Positions 29,209 to 38,729 of a stretch of 50,584 nt of DNA are shown in pieces. Source of the DNA: a virus; IMG/VR virus record IMGVR_UViG_3300036859_000429, positions 1 through 50,584 of that record. One strand, written 5' to 3'. The translations under genes were made by a program, and so were the position numbers. The notes under the pieces were generated by a model. The model searched no databases. It had not been told where the DNA came from and worked only from the letters and a program-made list of their open reading frames with translations. Numbering within the stretch: the stretch's first letter is position 1; each line of letters starts with the position of its first letter.

Positions 29209-29928
29209 TTATCCGAGGTAGATGATCGCGTTCAAGACCATGTAGGGCTGAAGGTTCGTGTGGCTCCCCCCGCCGCCCTGCGCATCTGTAGGACCAGCGC
29301 TCATCGGCGGCTTGAAGAGAGTCACGTTGTCCCAGTTCGTGAATGTCAGGCACCAGTTGTTCGACCCTGGCGTCCCCTGAGCGGTCGGAATCTTCGGTCG
29401 CGGGTCGACCGCGTCCTGAAGAAGGTTGTGGGAATGCGGCGGGACCTGACTCAAGATGAGCGTGACATCCTCCAGCCCTCCTGTCTCGCCGATCGTGTCC
29501 ATCGGCACGTAAGCCGAATCGCGGTGCACCAGGACGCGGCGCTTGAAGTTCGGGAGCGTGAAGGTGGTCGAGCCGTCACCAGGACCGAAAGGTGCAGGGA
29601 ACCCGAGCGGGATCAGCTTGTCGGCCAAAGCCTTGTACGTGCCGAGCGTGCGCGACACCGCCTGCCCATCGCACATCGCCCAGTGCGTGTCCGGCGCGAT
29701 TGCGAACGGCCACCAGCGAACTTCGCCGACGATGAAGCCGGACGTGATCGCGCCGCCGAGCGCCGCCTGGCCGAGAATCGGGGGGTCGCTTTCCAGCTTT
29801 GCCTTCAAGCTGTTGAGCCACTCGGAAGGCACCTCCAAAAAGTCAGAGAACATCCGTTTCAACAGCTTGCGCTCGCGGTCAGTGAGCGGGTGCGGCGCTT
29901 CGTCGAACGACTCGAAGAATTCGCTCAC
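29209..29928 (-). CDS. tail fibre protein with phage tail-collar domain (239 aa)
   Basis: ORF track, GTGA overlap. WAMCDGQAVSRTLGTYKALADKLIPLGFPAPFGPGDGSTTFTLPNFKRRVLV...GGLEDVTLILSQVPPHSH...HTNLQPYMVLNAIIY fits the tail-collar family pattern. Confidence 0.85.
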   Translation of the reverse strand: MSEFFESFDEAPHPLTDRERKLLKRMFSDFLEVPSEWLNSLKAKLESDPPILGQAALGGAITSGFIVGEVRWWPFAIAPDTHWAMCDGQAVSRTLGTYKALADKLIPLGFPAPFGPGDGSTTFTLPNFKRRVLVHRDSAYVPMDTIGETGGLEDVTLILSQVPPHSHNLLQDAVDPRPKIPTAQGTPGSNNWCLTFTNWDNVTLFKPPMSAGPTDAQGGGGSHTNLQPYMVLNAIIYLG

Positions 29929-31397
29929 AGATGTGAGCTTTCTTCGGGGTACGCGCGCAGGGCAATGTCGTACAGACGCGTGTCTTTCGTCGGGACCAGC
30001 TGCGTCAACCGAAACGCGACACCCGGTAGGCGGCGGCCCACCCGCATCTTCTTACGCGCATACTTCGTCGTCGACTTGAACTCACCCAGCGTCTGATTGG
30101 CCCCATTGGGCGCGTTCACGTACGCAAGGCGAAGCACGTCCGGGTCACCCACACTCACATACGCCTCGTAGGAGAGATGCAGTTCTTCGATTCGCTTGAA
30201 ACCCGGTGCTTTCGAGAGCGGGTACCAGGCTGTCCCGATCACCGGCAACACGTCGACGCCGTTCGCGTCTGTCTGCAGAATCGTCGAATCCGGGTCGAAC
30301 ATCGGCGTGGCGTCTGTCACGCGTTTGGTAACGACGTCGATTCCGAACAACCGCTCGGTGGCGATCGACGCGTGCGCCCAACAGGTCGAGTCGCAATTCG
30401 TGAACATGTGCACGCGACGCGTTGGAAGGTTGACGACGAACGTGGTAGGCGTTTGCGCAGTGTGCCTGAGCGTGACGATGTAGTTGTCGTGGTGCACTGC
30501 CGCGCCAGCAGTCAATGGCGCTGCGCCCATTGGACGCTCCCAGTTGTCCATCCAGAGGTTCATCACTCCGGCCTGCGCGATCAGGTTGCGCACCGCCGCA
30601 CCATCGGTGAGATGAATGCCGCGCGAGTCGCAGAAGATCACGTTGTCTTTCCAGTATGCGATCGAGCGCGCGTCATAGCACCCGGCTCGCTCGTCGAGTG
30701 TGTCGCGAATCAGGTCGCCGGTCGGGTCGCTGAGTGTCGAGTCGGGGGGTGTCGTTCCACGCAAACGTTCGACCGAAGAATCGTGCAGCACGAGCACTTG
30801 GTTGCGCATGCGCGCGAGACCGGTCAGGTCGTCTTCGGTGTCCACGATTGAGATCGCGTCCCAGGCAGCGGTCGGGTCGCCTGGCTTCGAGTAGCCGACT
30901 CGGTACGGGAACGAGGCCGAACCTCCGACCACAACTCTGTCTTTCCAGACGGTCGCGTACTTCCCGGTCAAGGCTGACACGGGCGCGTCGGTGAGCGTGT
31001 AGATCGTGCCGTTCCAGGTGATGAAGCGCATCGCACTCGTCCCATTCGCAGCGGGCACGATCGCACGGTCACGATGAAAGACCGGGTTCTGCTTGGTGGC
31101 CGGAATCGTCCCGACTAGCGTTGCGCCGATCGAGTCTGTTGGGACGACGTGCAGGCTCGTGCCGTTAGCGACCAGCAATTTCGCACCCGCACGGTAAGTC
31201 GCGTACAGCTGACCGTCCGGAATGTTCGGGAGCGCAGTCGACTGCCACAACCACGCTCCGCGCATGCGCACACCGGCCTGCAAGACTTCGGGCACATAGT
31301 CGAGAAGCTCCCAGACCGACCCTTCGGGCAGCCGGTCACGAGAGCGGTCGGCGTACAGACCGCGAACGTCTTTCAGGAGCGAGATCAGCTCAGCCAC
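29925..31397 (-). CDS. tail tubular/nozzle-like protein (490 aa)
   Basis: Only the part of ORF 29925..31631 downstream of the neighbouring stop looks coding. GTG 31397 lies 1 nt after that stop. Beta-rich repeats. The function is positional inference. Confidence 0.7.
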   Translation of the reverse strand: MAELISLLKDVRGLYADRSRDRLPEGSVWELLDYVPEVLQAGVRMRGAWLWQSTALPNIPDGQLYATYRAGAKLLVANGTSLHVVPTDSIGATLVGTIPATKQNPVFHRDRAIVPAANGTSAMRFITWNGTIYTLTDAPVSALTGKYATVWKDRVVVGGSASFPYRVGYSKPGDPTAAWDAISIVDTEDDLTGLARMRNQVLVLHDSSVERLRGTTPPDSTLSDPTGDLIRDTLDERAGCYDARSIAYWKDNVIFCDSRGIHLTDGAAVRNLIAQAGVMNLWMDNWERPMGAAPLTAGAAVHHDNYIVTLRHTAQTPTTFVVNLPTRRVHMFTNCDSTCWAHASIATERLFGIDVVTKRVTDATPMFDPDSTILQTDANGVDVLPVIGTAWYPLSKAPGFKRIEELHLSYEAYVSVGDPDVLRLAYVNAPNGANQTLGEFKSTTKYARKKMRVGRRLPGVAFRLTQLVPTKDTRLYDIALRAYPEESSHL

Positions 31398-31398
31398 G

Positions 31399-32070
31399 TC
31401 ACCCGGTCCAATGTTGCGGGCGCGTGTCTGAGCGCAAAACCTCCCGATGACGGGTGACGCGGACAGCACCGCCGCGCATGTTCGTCGCGTACTTGATTCG
31501 ACCAAGATCCGAGTCGAGCGAACCCATGCCGTCCTTGCCCTCGTAGAGAACCCGGTAGCGCTCACCGCGCTGCGTCTGCTGATCGCCCGCCTTGTCGGAC
31601 GCGTGCCAGCACATGTAGTTGAGGAGCGCACGGTGGAACTGCACCGGAATCAGCCCGTACGTCACCACTGCCGGATCGTGAGCGTTGTCCGTCATTGGGG
31701 TCGGCAAAGGTACGTACCAGGCCAGCAGTGAGTCACCTGTGCCCGGAGCACCGAGGATGATCCGGTTGTGGCCGGGGAACGCGAACCCGTACTGGTCGAG
31801 ATCCTCCACGGACTGCTCCTGCAGCCAGTTGTCTCCACGCTTGAGCTTCCAGATGCGAAGCGCGGCTGCGTCAATGTCGAACTCGTCCTCGTCTGCCGCG
31901 AGCACGATTGTCGTGCGCCGAACATGAATGGCTGTGCGGGAGAGGACGTCGATCACTGCCTCGTTCGCAAGCTCGTCAAGGAGCGCGGCCTCCTCAGCCT
32001 CGTCGTCCGAGGTGCCGGTCGGCAACCCGGTGATGCGCGAGACGCGTGTCTTCAACTGTCCTCGGTTCAC
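31399..32070 (-). CDS. head-tail adaptor-like protein (223 aa)
   Basis: ORF track. N-terminus MNRGQLKTRVSRITGLP...EAALLDELANEAVIDVLSRT resembles connector/adaptor N-termini (recollection). Confidence 0.75.
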   Translation of the reverse strand: MNRGQLKTRVSRITGLPTGTSDDEAEEAALLDELANEAVIDVLSRTAIHVRRTTIVLAADEDEFDIDAAALRIWKLKRGDNWLQEQSVEDLDQYGFAFPGHNRIILGAPGTGDSLLAWYVPLPTPMTDNAHDPAVVTYGLIPVQFHRALLNYMCWHASDKAGDQQTQRGERYRVLYEGKDGMGSLDSDLGRIKYATNMRGGAVRVTRHREVLRSDTRPQHWTG

Positions 32071-32330
32071 AGTGTCACCTCTCGTGTGACCTCTTGTGGC
32101 AGCGGATTCGTGGGCGGTTCCTCGATGACGATGCGCTGACCGTCGAAACGCACTATGAAGCCGTTCTTCGTCGCCGCCGCCACGATCGCGGCCAGGTCGT
32201 CGGTGGGCTCCACGATCACGATCTCGATCTCCATCTCACCATTCGAAACGCGGGTGCGCCGCATCGTCAGCGGTTCCTCGATCGCGTCTATGAACTGGCG
32301 GGCCTTCTGCTTGTTCCTGATCAAAGGCAT
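32067..32330 (-). CDS. hypothetical structural-module protein (87 aa)
   Basis: ORF track. Overlap with the next start. Confidence 0.7.
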   Translation of the reverse strand: MPLIRNKQKARQFIDAIEEPLTMRRTRVSNGEMEIEIVIVEPTDDLAAIVAAATKNGFIVRFDGQRIVIEEPPTNPLPQEVTREVTL

Positions 32331-32367
32331 GGCTTTCCAATCGGGAATCTAACGGCTAGAGGGGACA

Positions 32368-33891
32368 TCAGTGGTTGTCCGTGGTCGCGGGAGTGGCGAG
32401 AATCGTCGTAGGGGCCTGCGGGCTCGCCCCAACATTGTCCGTGGTGGCGGGACCCCCGCCGAGCGTTCCTGCTACTTGCGCACTGGCGGTGACGCTGGCC
32501 GTGGTCGAGGGGGTTGCGGTGAGAGCGGTGGGAGCGTACGGGTCGAACCAGAAGACGTAGACGTCCATCGTGGTCGCGACCCCGGTGAGCGTAAATGCGC
32601 CCGCCGAGGCGACCAGCTGCCTCGTGGTGATCGTCCGCGCGACCGCCCCGGTCACCACGACCGATCCGAACTGAGCGTTGATCGCTCGCCCGCGCGTCAG
32701 CGTCGAGGCGAACCCGGTGACGACGTAGCTCACCGCCCCGGCGTTAAGAACGCGCCCGCGGAGCGTCCCAGCCTGCACGCCCGTGAAGGCGAACGCCCCC
32801 GGCGCAGCGCTGATCTGTCTGCCCGCGACAGCGGATGCGGCTGCCCCGGTGAGCGCGATCGACCCCGGCGCGGCGTCGAGCCTGAAGATCAGCCGGACAA
32901 GGAGCGTGACGTCGAGTCCGGTGAGCACGACGCTAGCGGGAGCAGCGTTTACCGCTCGCCCGGCAGACGTTGCAGCCAGCGAGCCTGTGAGCACGAACGC
33001 CCCTAGAGAACCGGTGATGACTCTGCCTGCGACGACTCCCGCCGGAGCGCCTGTGTGTGTGAACGCGCCCGGAGCGGCGTTCAACATTCGACCAGCAACG
33101 GCCGTCGCCGCAGCCCCGCTGACAACATGTGAGCCGGGGGCAGCAGCGACGGTGCGGCCCGCCACAATCGCTGCGACCTGCCCTGTGAGCACGAACACGC
33201 CAGGTGCGGCGACCATGACCTTCTCGCGCGTGAAGGTCGCCGCAACGCCAGTGACCACGACCGAACTCAGAGCGGCGTTGAGCGCTCGCCCTGCGAGCGC
33301 GCCCGCGGTCTGCCCGGTGACCGTGAACGTGCCGGGTGCGGCGTTCAGTGGTTTCTCGCGATTGAGTTGGACTAGGAAACCGGTGAAGACGTAGGCTCCC
33401 GAGCCAGCGTTGATCACGCGCCCCGCGACCGTGGCCGCACTCTGCCCAGCAACCGCGAACGCCCCGAGCGCAGCGTTGACAACCCGCCCCGCGACCGTCC
33501 CTGCTGTGCTCCCAGTTACGACGTAACTCTGAGGCGCAGCATTGAGCGTGAGTCCGTGCGTCAAGATAGAAGCGAACCCGGTGAGCGCGAACACACCGGG
33601 TTCGGAGTTGACGACTCGTCCTGCAACGAGAGCCGCCGAACTCCCGGTCACGACGTAGCTCGAAGAGGCGGCGTTGACGACCCGCCCGGCGACAATGCCA
33701 GCGACTGCACCCGTCAGCGTGAACGTGCCAGGAGCAGCGTTGCCGACTCGTCCGGCGACTACGCGCGCGACCTGACCGGTGAGCACGAACGAACCAGGGG
33801 CAGCATCGATCGAGAACGCCGCCGCCGCTTCGGAAGCGGCCCCTCGTCGGGCAACAGCGCGGATGGGGCGTTGTCTACCGAGTCGAGCCAT
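32368..33891 (-). CDS. fibre-like protein built of 19 tandem 22-aa repeats (507 aa)
   Basis: ORF track. Repeat consensus is roughly AAPGxFxLTGxxAxxVAGRxxN. Confidence 0.85.
   Translation of the reverse strand: MARLGRQRPIRAVARRGAASEAAAAFSIDAAPGSFVLTGQVARVVAGRVGNAAPGTFTLTGAVAGIVAGRVVNAASSSYVVTGSSAALVAGRVVNSEPGVFALTGFASILTHGLTLNAAPQSYVVTGSTAGTVAGRVVNAALGAFAVAGQSAATVAGRVINAGSGAYVFTGFLVQLNREKPLNAAPGTFTVTGQTAGALAGRALNAALSSVVVTGVAATFTREKVMVAAPGVFVLTGQVAAIVAGRTVAAAPGSHVVSGAAATAVAGRMLNAAPGAFTHTGAPAGVVAGRVITGSLGAFVLTGSLAATSAGRAVNAAPASVVLTGLDVTLLVRLIFRLDAAPGSIALTGAAASAVAGRQISAAPGAFAFTGVQAGTLRGRVLNAGAVSYVVTGFASTLTRGRAINAQFGSVVVTGAVARTITTRQLVASAGAFTLTGVATTMDVYVFWFDPYAPTALTATPSTTASVTASAQVAGTLGGGPATTDNVGASPQAPTTILATPATTDNH
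32556..33819 (-). repeat. in-frame 66-nt tandem repeat region (about 19 units)
   Basis: Counted from the translated protein. The boundaries are approximate. Confidence 0.8.
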
Positions 33892-34605
33892 TTACCACCT
33901 GGACGCGCGCTGCAGCGCGTCCGAGTAGATGATCGGTTGCGGTGCGCGGGGCGCGGGAGGAGGTTCGTCGAGCATCGCTGCGATGAATCGTGACATGGCA
34001 GGCATCGTTGCGTTATGGTCGTTAACGACGGTCCCCACTGCACCCGCGGTCACCCTGTTCTTATCGTGGAAGCTGCCGGTTGCGTCGGCCCCCGTGCCGA
34101 TCGTCGAAAAGTGTCGTTGTGTGTACGTCGCCGGATCAGTGCCAGTAACCGTGACCGAGACGGAAGCGTTGTCGGAGCCAATCCCGACTACGATGATCAG
34201 CTGATTCGCCAGCGTCGAGGAAATAGCAGCCGCGTTAGAGATCGGGTCGGTCAAATCGGACACAAGATTGCTGGCCGCGAACGGAGAACCCGTCTTGATC
34301 GCACCACGAACGCTGTGGACCTGCGCATACTTGTCTGCCGACGTCGCCGTCCAGTCGCAGAGCGGGTTCGGCGTGTTAGTGACAGTCGCTCGCCTGTAAA
34401 ACACGTACGTGCGCCAGCCGGTCGAGTCGATCGGGCCGTGCAGCAATGTCCAGGTAGACGGGGTGAGACAGGTGTTCGTGATCACTCGGTTCGCGGTGAT
34501 GCAAATCAGGATGTCGTCAACGGCATGAGCCGGGTTGACAGGCGTGACGTCCGCTGTGGTCAGTGCCCCGAGCAACACTCCGGATGCTTGCCAGGCAGCG
34601 GGCAT
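33892..34605 (-). CDS. tail fibre/receptor-binding-like protein (237 aa)
   Basis: ORF track. The start overlaps the upstream stop (TAATG). Beta-rich sequence. Confidence 0.8.
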   Translation of the reverse strand: MPAAWQASGVLLGALTTADVTPVNPAHAVDDILICITANRVITNTCLTPSTWTLLHGPIDSTGWRTYVFYRRATVTNTPNPLCDWTATSADKYAQVHSVRGAIKTGSPFAASNLVSDLTDPISNAAAISSTLANQLIIVVGIGSDNASVSVTVTGTDPATYTQRHFSTIGTGADATGSFHDKNRVTAGAVGTVVNDHNATMPAMSRFIAAMLDEPPPAPRAPQPIIYSDALQRASRW

Positions 34606-35243
34606 TAGCCGCTCCTCACCTGCGTCCCACCGGTTGTAGTGCTAAAGCCGGGCTCATCGGGGGCGAACGAGCCACCACCGAAGTCGTCTACCACCCAAGC
34701 CGTGTTCTGGAGTTCGAGCCCGATCACGGACCCCATTGGTTGCTCACTCTGCACGGCCGTCACCCGGTCGGCCCAGACGCCTCCCGAACGCTGCATGAGA
34801 CGGATGTCCGTACCGATGACGGAGAAGCCAACTCCATCACCAACAGCCAGATCATTCAGGCCCGTGCCACCACGTTGAATGAACGTCGTCGAGTTCGGCA
34901 TCTCGAAGATTTGCCACTCGTCCGCACCCGCCCGAATCGTCACTTGCCCTATCCATGCAGAAGCATCAGGTTCACCAGGATTTTGAATGCGAGCGTATAG
35001 AGCCAGCACGTCACCCACTGCACCAAGCGCAGCAATCGTGCAATACACCTCTTGGTCGTTGTTGAGGCCTATGTCGAAGAAGGCGTTGCCGAACGCAAGC
35101 TGCCCACACCTGCACTGGTTCCCGAAGATTTCAAGAAAGTCGTTCGAGCCTTGATAGATGTTCGCGGTCCACGAGCTGAGTGTCGGAAGTGGCGAGTCCG
35201 CCCGGTTGAAGTCGTCAAGGATTCCCGTGGTCGGAAAAGCCAT
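34605..35243 (-). CDS. tail fibre-like protein, jelly-roll/lectin-like (212 aa)
   Basis: ORF track, TAATG junction. N-terminus ILDDFNRADSPL..W is typical of actinophage minor tail proteins (recollection). C-terminal tail PGFSTTTGGTQV. Confidence 0.8.
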   Translation of the reverse strand: MAFPTTGILDDFNRADSPLPTLSSWTANIYQGSNDFLEIFGNQCRCGQLAFGNAFFDIGLNNDQEVYCTIAALGAVGDVLALYARIQNPGEPDASAWIGQVTIRAGADEWQIFEMPNSTTFIQRGGTGLNDLAVGDGVGFSVIGTDIRLMQRSGGVWADRVTAVQSEQPMGSVIGLELQNTAWVVDDFGGGSFAPDEPGFSTTTGGTQVRSG

Positions 35244-36004
35244 TAGGGACCCGCCACCTGCACACCACCCGTGCGTGTCGTGAAACCTGGCGGGGGCGGA
35301 GGCCCACCCGCCGCTTTGAATGCACGAATCGTGGAACCGAAATAGTGATCACTGATGTTCGCGAACGGGCCGCTAGACGTCGCTCCCGTGCTAGTCCAAG
35401 TTGCGCTTTGCGAATGTAGCCCCGTCAAGCCCCCGATAAGGAACGTGCCCCGCATCGTTCCCACCCATCCAGGGGGAGCAGAGTTAGCACTGGCACTTAG
35501 CACCTCATCGATGAGCCCGAACTCTATTCCGACATGACCGACCGCAATCCCAGCCGCGTCTGTCGGTGTAATCGACCCCGAGTCCAGGTTCGTGAACACG
35601 ACTGTACGTGGAAACGCATCGTCCTTTGCCGACGTCGCACCGTCGTTCGGTACCGAGTCTGTGCCAGAGAACTCCAGCACCTTCAACTTCTTCGCCGAGA
35701 ACGTGGCAGTAGAGAGAGTCACAGAAATCGTGTCGAACTGAACAAGCGCAGTCGTGGCGATAGCAAAAATCTCCGTGATCCGAAACGTATCCCCAGCCGC
35801 GACCTGTTGCGTCACACCGACCGTATACGTATTGCCAGGCGTGTCAGCAACCGAGAGGACAGTCTGAGTGTCAAGCTCGGAGATGACTGTAATCGAAAGC
35901 AGGTTGCCTGCTGCGACGCCAGCGGCAGGAATGGTGAGCGTTATTGAGTCGAGACTGTCACTTACCTCGACAGTACCGACTTCCTTGACAAACGCAATCG
36001 CCAT
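35243..36004 (-). CDS. tail fibre-like protein (253 aa)
   Basis: ORF track, TAATG junction. C-terminal tail PGFTTRTGGVQV. Confidence 0.8.
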   Translation of the reverse strand: MAIAFVKEVGTVEVSDSLDSITLTIPAAGVAAGNLLSITVISELDTQTVLSVADTPGNTYTVGVTQQVAAGDTFRITEIFAIATTALVQFDTISVTLSTATFSAKKLKVLEFSGTDSVPNDGATSAKDDAFPRTVVFTNLDSGSITPTDAAGIAVGHVGIEFGLIDEVLSASANSAPPGWVGTMRGTFLIGGLTGLHSQSATWTSTGATSSGPFANISDHYFGSTIRAFKAAGGPPPPPGFTTRTGGVQVAGP

Positions 36005-36405
36005 TAGACACTCGCCATCGACCAGCCATAACCGACAGGCGAACCCGCATCCTCGAATGCACGCAAGCGGTAGCGCTTCACCTCAACACCGTTCTCGGTC
36101 AACGCGAAGTCCCCCTGCACAGACGTTGGAGTCGTGATCACACTGGCCGGTTGCAACACGTAACCCCAAACAGTCGAAGCAATGTCGTTCGGAAGCGCGA
36201 CCAAAGCTGGTTTACTCGAAATGCCAGCGAAAAGATTTCCTCCCGATGTACGACCAGCCCTCACGATGATGAACCCGGCCACAGCGAGGGAAGTTGCTGG
36301 GTCAACCACCAGCTGCACCAGACCGTCCTTGATCACAGCGAACCAGTCCTCGACGCCATCGACGCGACGGATCGTGGTTACACGGGTTAGGCTCCAAGCG
36401 GCCAT
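36004..36405 (-). CDS. hypothetical structural protein (133 aa)
   Basis: ORF track. Confidence 0.75.
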   Translation of the reverse strand: MAAWSLTRVTTIRRVDGVEDWFAVIKDGLVQLVVDPATSLAVAGFIIVRAGRTSGGNLFAGISSKPALVALPNDIASTVWGYVLQPASVITTPTSVQGDFALTENGVEVKRYRLRAFEDAGSPVGYGWSMASV

Positions 36406-36415
36406 CCGACCGCGC

Positions 36416-36895
36416 TCAGCAGCGTTCCCACTTCAGCGTGGAACGAACGTTCACCGCTGCGGGCGCAATCACCAAGGTCAGGAAACCCTCCGAGAAGCCG
36501 CAGTCCGGCTCGTCGCCCAACGGGAAGTGCCACTTGAGCGTCCCTCCGTTCGGAGTCAACAAATCCTCGTCGAGCACGTTGATCACGGTCGGCTCGGCCG
36601 TCCAGTCGCGCATCGCCGCCACACCATGCGCAAGCACCCTGCCGTACTGCTGTTCAATATTCGCTGACACGTCCGTGTTGTTCGTGCCCGGCGTGCCGTT
36701 CGTCGCGAACGTGCAATGGCAGACCTGAACAACCACGGGCTCAGCGCCTGCGGCCACCCCGTCGAAGGAGACACCCGCGTATTTCAGTTTCAAGCCGAAC
36801 GCAGCCCCGGACTTGACTCCGAGCACGCTCTGCGCAGCGGCGACGTTGGCTGCAACGTCGGCCAGCGCTGAAACGGTGTAGCCGTTGGCTGCCAA
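36416..36895 (-). CDS. hypothetical structural protein (159 aa)
   Basis: ORF track. TTG start with GGAGGAG 5 nt upstream. Confidence 0.75.
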   Translation of the reverse strand: MAANGYTVSALADVAANVAAAQSVLGVKSGAAFGLKLKYAGVSFDGVAAGAEPVVVQVCHCTFATNGTPGTNNTDVSANIEQQYGRVLAHGVAAMRDWTAEPTVINVLDEDLLTPNGGTLKWHFPLGDEPDCGFSEGFLTLVIAPAAVNVRSTLKWERC

Positions 36896-36908
36896 TTACT
36901 CCTCCGTT

Positions 36909-37088
36909 CTAGAGCGGCTCGCCTTGCGCGCCAAGTTCGACTGGGTCGACTACAACTTCGAAGTGACGACAGTCGCAGATCGTGCAGTGCGTGATGACGA
37001 GATCCTCGCGCTCCCTCACTCCCTCCCAAACACCACGCGGTCCTGGGCCGGGAGCGCGGTTGTCCAGATCCTGACAACACTCCTTCAT
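36909..37088 (-). CDS. small Cys-rich protein (59 aa, not in ORF track)
   Basis: ATG 37088 lies 8 nt after AAGGAGA. MKECCQDLDNRAPGPGPRGVWEGVREREDLVITHCTICDCRHFEVVVDPVELGAQGEPL. Confidence 0.5.
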   Translation of the reverse strand: MKECCQDLDNRAPGPGPRGVWEGVREREDLVITHCTICDCRHFEVVVDPVELGAQGEPL

Positions 37089-37100
37089 GTGAATGTCTCC

Positions 37101-37532
37101 TTACGCGATCGTCAGAATCGTGCCGGTAGTTTCGCTGTTGTTGAACTTGACACTGAACGTCTCGCCGTCGAGCAGCGTCAATGCCGAGCCGTAGTCCCAC
37201 CATCCGATCAGCGGGTCGAGCGGTGCGACCGGCGTCGTGTTCTGAAGCACGACGTAACGGAACGGTCCGATCGAGCCGCCAGAAGCGGTGATCACGACCT
37301 TCGTGCCGGTCAGCGTGTACGTGCCCGCCGTCTCGGCACCCGTGTTCTGCGTGTCCTGCGGCCCTGTGTAGCCGAAGCCTGTGGCGATCTCGGCCAGGTC
37401 CGCCTTGACGAGGTCGAGCGCTGCGTCCGGCAACGTGTTCGAAAGGTAGACCTCGATCTGGTCGGCGCTCAGGCTGTGCACCTTCTCGGCGAGGTCTTGA
37501 ACGAACTGGTTGAACTTGTTGAACGCGACCAC
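37101..37532 (-). CDS. hypothetical structural protein (143 aa)
   Basis: ORF track. Confidence 0.8.
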   Translation of the reverse strand: MVAFNKFNQFVQDLAEKVHSLSADQIEVYLSNTLPDAALDLVKADLAEIATGFGYTGPQDTQNTGAETAGTYTLTGTKVVITASGGSIGPFRYVVLQNTTPVAPLDPLIGWWDYGSALTLLDGETFSVKFNNSETTGTILTIA

Positions 37533-37543
37533 TTCCTACCTCC

Positions 37544-37990
37544 TCACCGTCGCGGGTGCTCGATGATCTGATTCGGGAACTTCACATGATCCGGCAAGAT
37601 GATGCCGGTGCGTGACTCGAAAGCGTCCATCTCGCGCATCCGCTCGATCTCGTCGGCCCGGTTAATGCGCGAGCCGATGTGCACGTCCTTACTCGCGTTG
37701 TGCCGGTTCTCCAGATCGAGCAGCTGCCTCTCCCGAATCGGGTAGAAGCAGCCGACGACCTCATTCGTGCCGGGGATCTTCAACGCCTCGCAACGCTCCG
37801 GAAACGCCTCCTCCTGCGGCTCGAAGCAGTTGCCGCAGATGCGCCCCTCGCGGATCCGCTCGTACGTCTCCTTGTCGACCGCGACCTCGACGTCGACCAT
37901 CAGCTCCCCGGACGGCATCAGGATCAGCGCGTCGCCCTCGACGCAGTCGAGCGTGTTCGCCTCCTTCGCCCAGCGCCGACCGTCGTTCAT
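37544..37990 (-). CDS. hypothetical Cys-containing structural-module protein (148 aa)
   Basis: ATG 37990 has AGGTGGG 6 nt upstream. The track start GTG 38023 has no SD. Confidence 0.7.
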   Translation of the reverse strand: MNDGRRWAKEANTLDCVEGDALILMPSGELMVDVEVAVDKETYERIREGRICGNCFEPQEEAFPERCEALKIPGTNEVVGCFYPIRERQLLDLENRHNASKDVHIGSRINRADEIERMREMDAFESRTGIILPDHVKFPNQIIEHPRR

Positions 37991-38112
37991 GCGCGTCCCA
38001 CCTTGCGACGGCGCAAACGCCACGCGGCGAAACGAGCGCCGGTCTTCGTCATGCAGCAGCGCACGAGCACCGGGCCGACCTTCACCCAGTGCCCCTCAGC
38101 GCGATACCCCAT
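37987..38112 (-). CDS. small basic protein (41 aa, not in ORF track)
   Basis: ATG 38112 lies 7 nt after GAAGG. The stop overlaps ATG 37990 (ATGA). MGYRAEGHWVKVGPVLVRCCMTKTGARFAAWRLRRRKVGRA. Confidence 0.35.
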   Translation of the reverse strand: MGYRAEGHWVKVGPVLVRCCMTKTGARFAAWRLRRRKVGRA

Positions 38113-38132
38113 TTTCGGACCTTCGTAGCTGA

Positions 38133-38729
38133 TCATGCGGGCACCGTCGTCTCTTCCTGCGGCTCCGCAGTCATCGACGCCTCTTGCTCGACGAGCAGTT
38201 TCTCCAGCGCCTCGATCACCTGCGGGCGTTGGCCGGACTGACGCTCGAACGCAATCGCATGCCGCACGTCGTAGCCGTCCTCGACGATCTTCTTCAGCAG
38301 CTGCTCCAGCGTGCCGCGAAAGTCGAGGTAGGTCGGCCAGAGCGGCGGGATCGCCTCGACCGTGATCAGCCGAAAGTCGGGGTGGTTGACGGCGCGTTCG
38401 AGCAGTTTCTGCTCGACCTCTTCGCGGAACTCGGGCGACCAGCCCTCTTCCTCGGCGTGCTGCGCCGTATCGAAGACGGAGAGGCGCGAAGTCAACGGGG
38501 TCGGCGTGACCTCGTCCAGCAAGGTCGTACGCCCGTACAGCAAACCCTCTTTGACGAACACACTCTCGGCGAACTCGATGTCCGCTTGGGTCACGTCACC
38601 CGTCCGGAAGAACGCGACGTAGCCCTCGCGGTCAGTGACGCGGTCGCCGTACTGCGTGAGGTGCACACGCGGCTCGACGATCTGAACGTTGAACCCGCGA
38701 ATATGTGACAGAAATCTCGTTGAAATCAA
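38133..38729 (-). CDS. hypothetical head-module protein (198 aa), start uncertain
   Basis: ORF track. TTG 38729 lies only 1 nt after GGAAGGAG, so the real start may differ by a few codons. Confidence 0.7.
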   Translation of the reverse strand: MISTRFLSHIRGFNVQIVEPRVHLTQYGDRVTDREGYVAFFRTGDVTQADIEFAESVFVKEGLLYGRTTLLDEVTPTPLTSRLSVFDTAQHAEEEGWSPEFREEVEQKLLERAVNHPDFRLITVEAIPPLWPTYLDFRGTLEQLLKKIVEDGYDVRHAIAFERQSGQRPQVIEALEKLLVEQEASMTAEPQEETTVPA

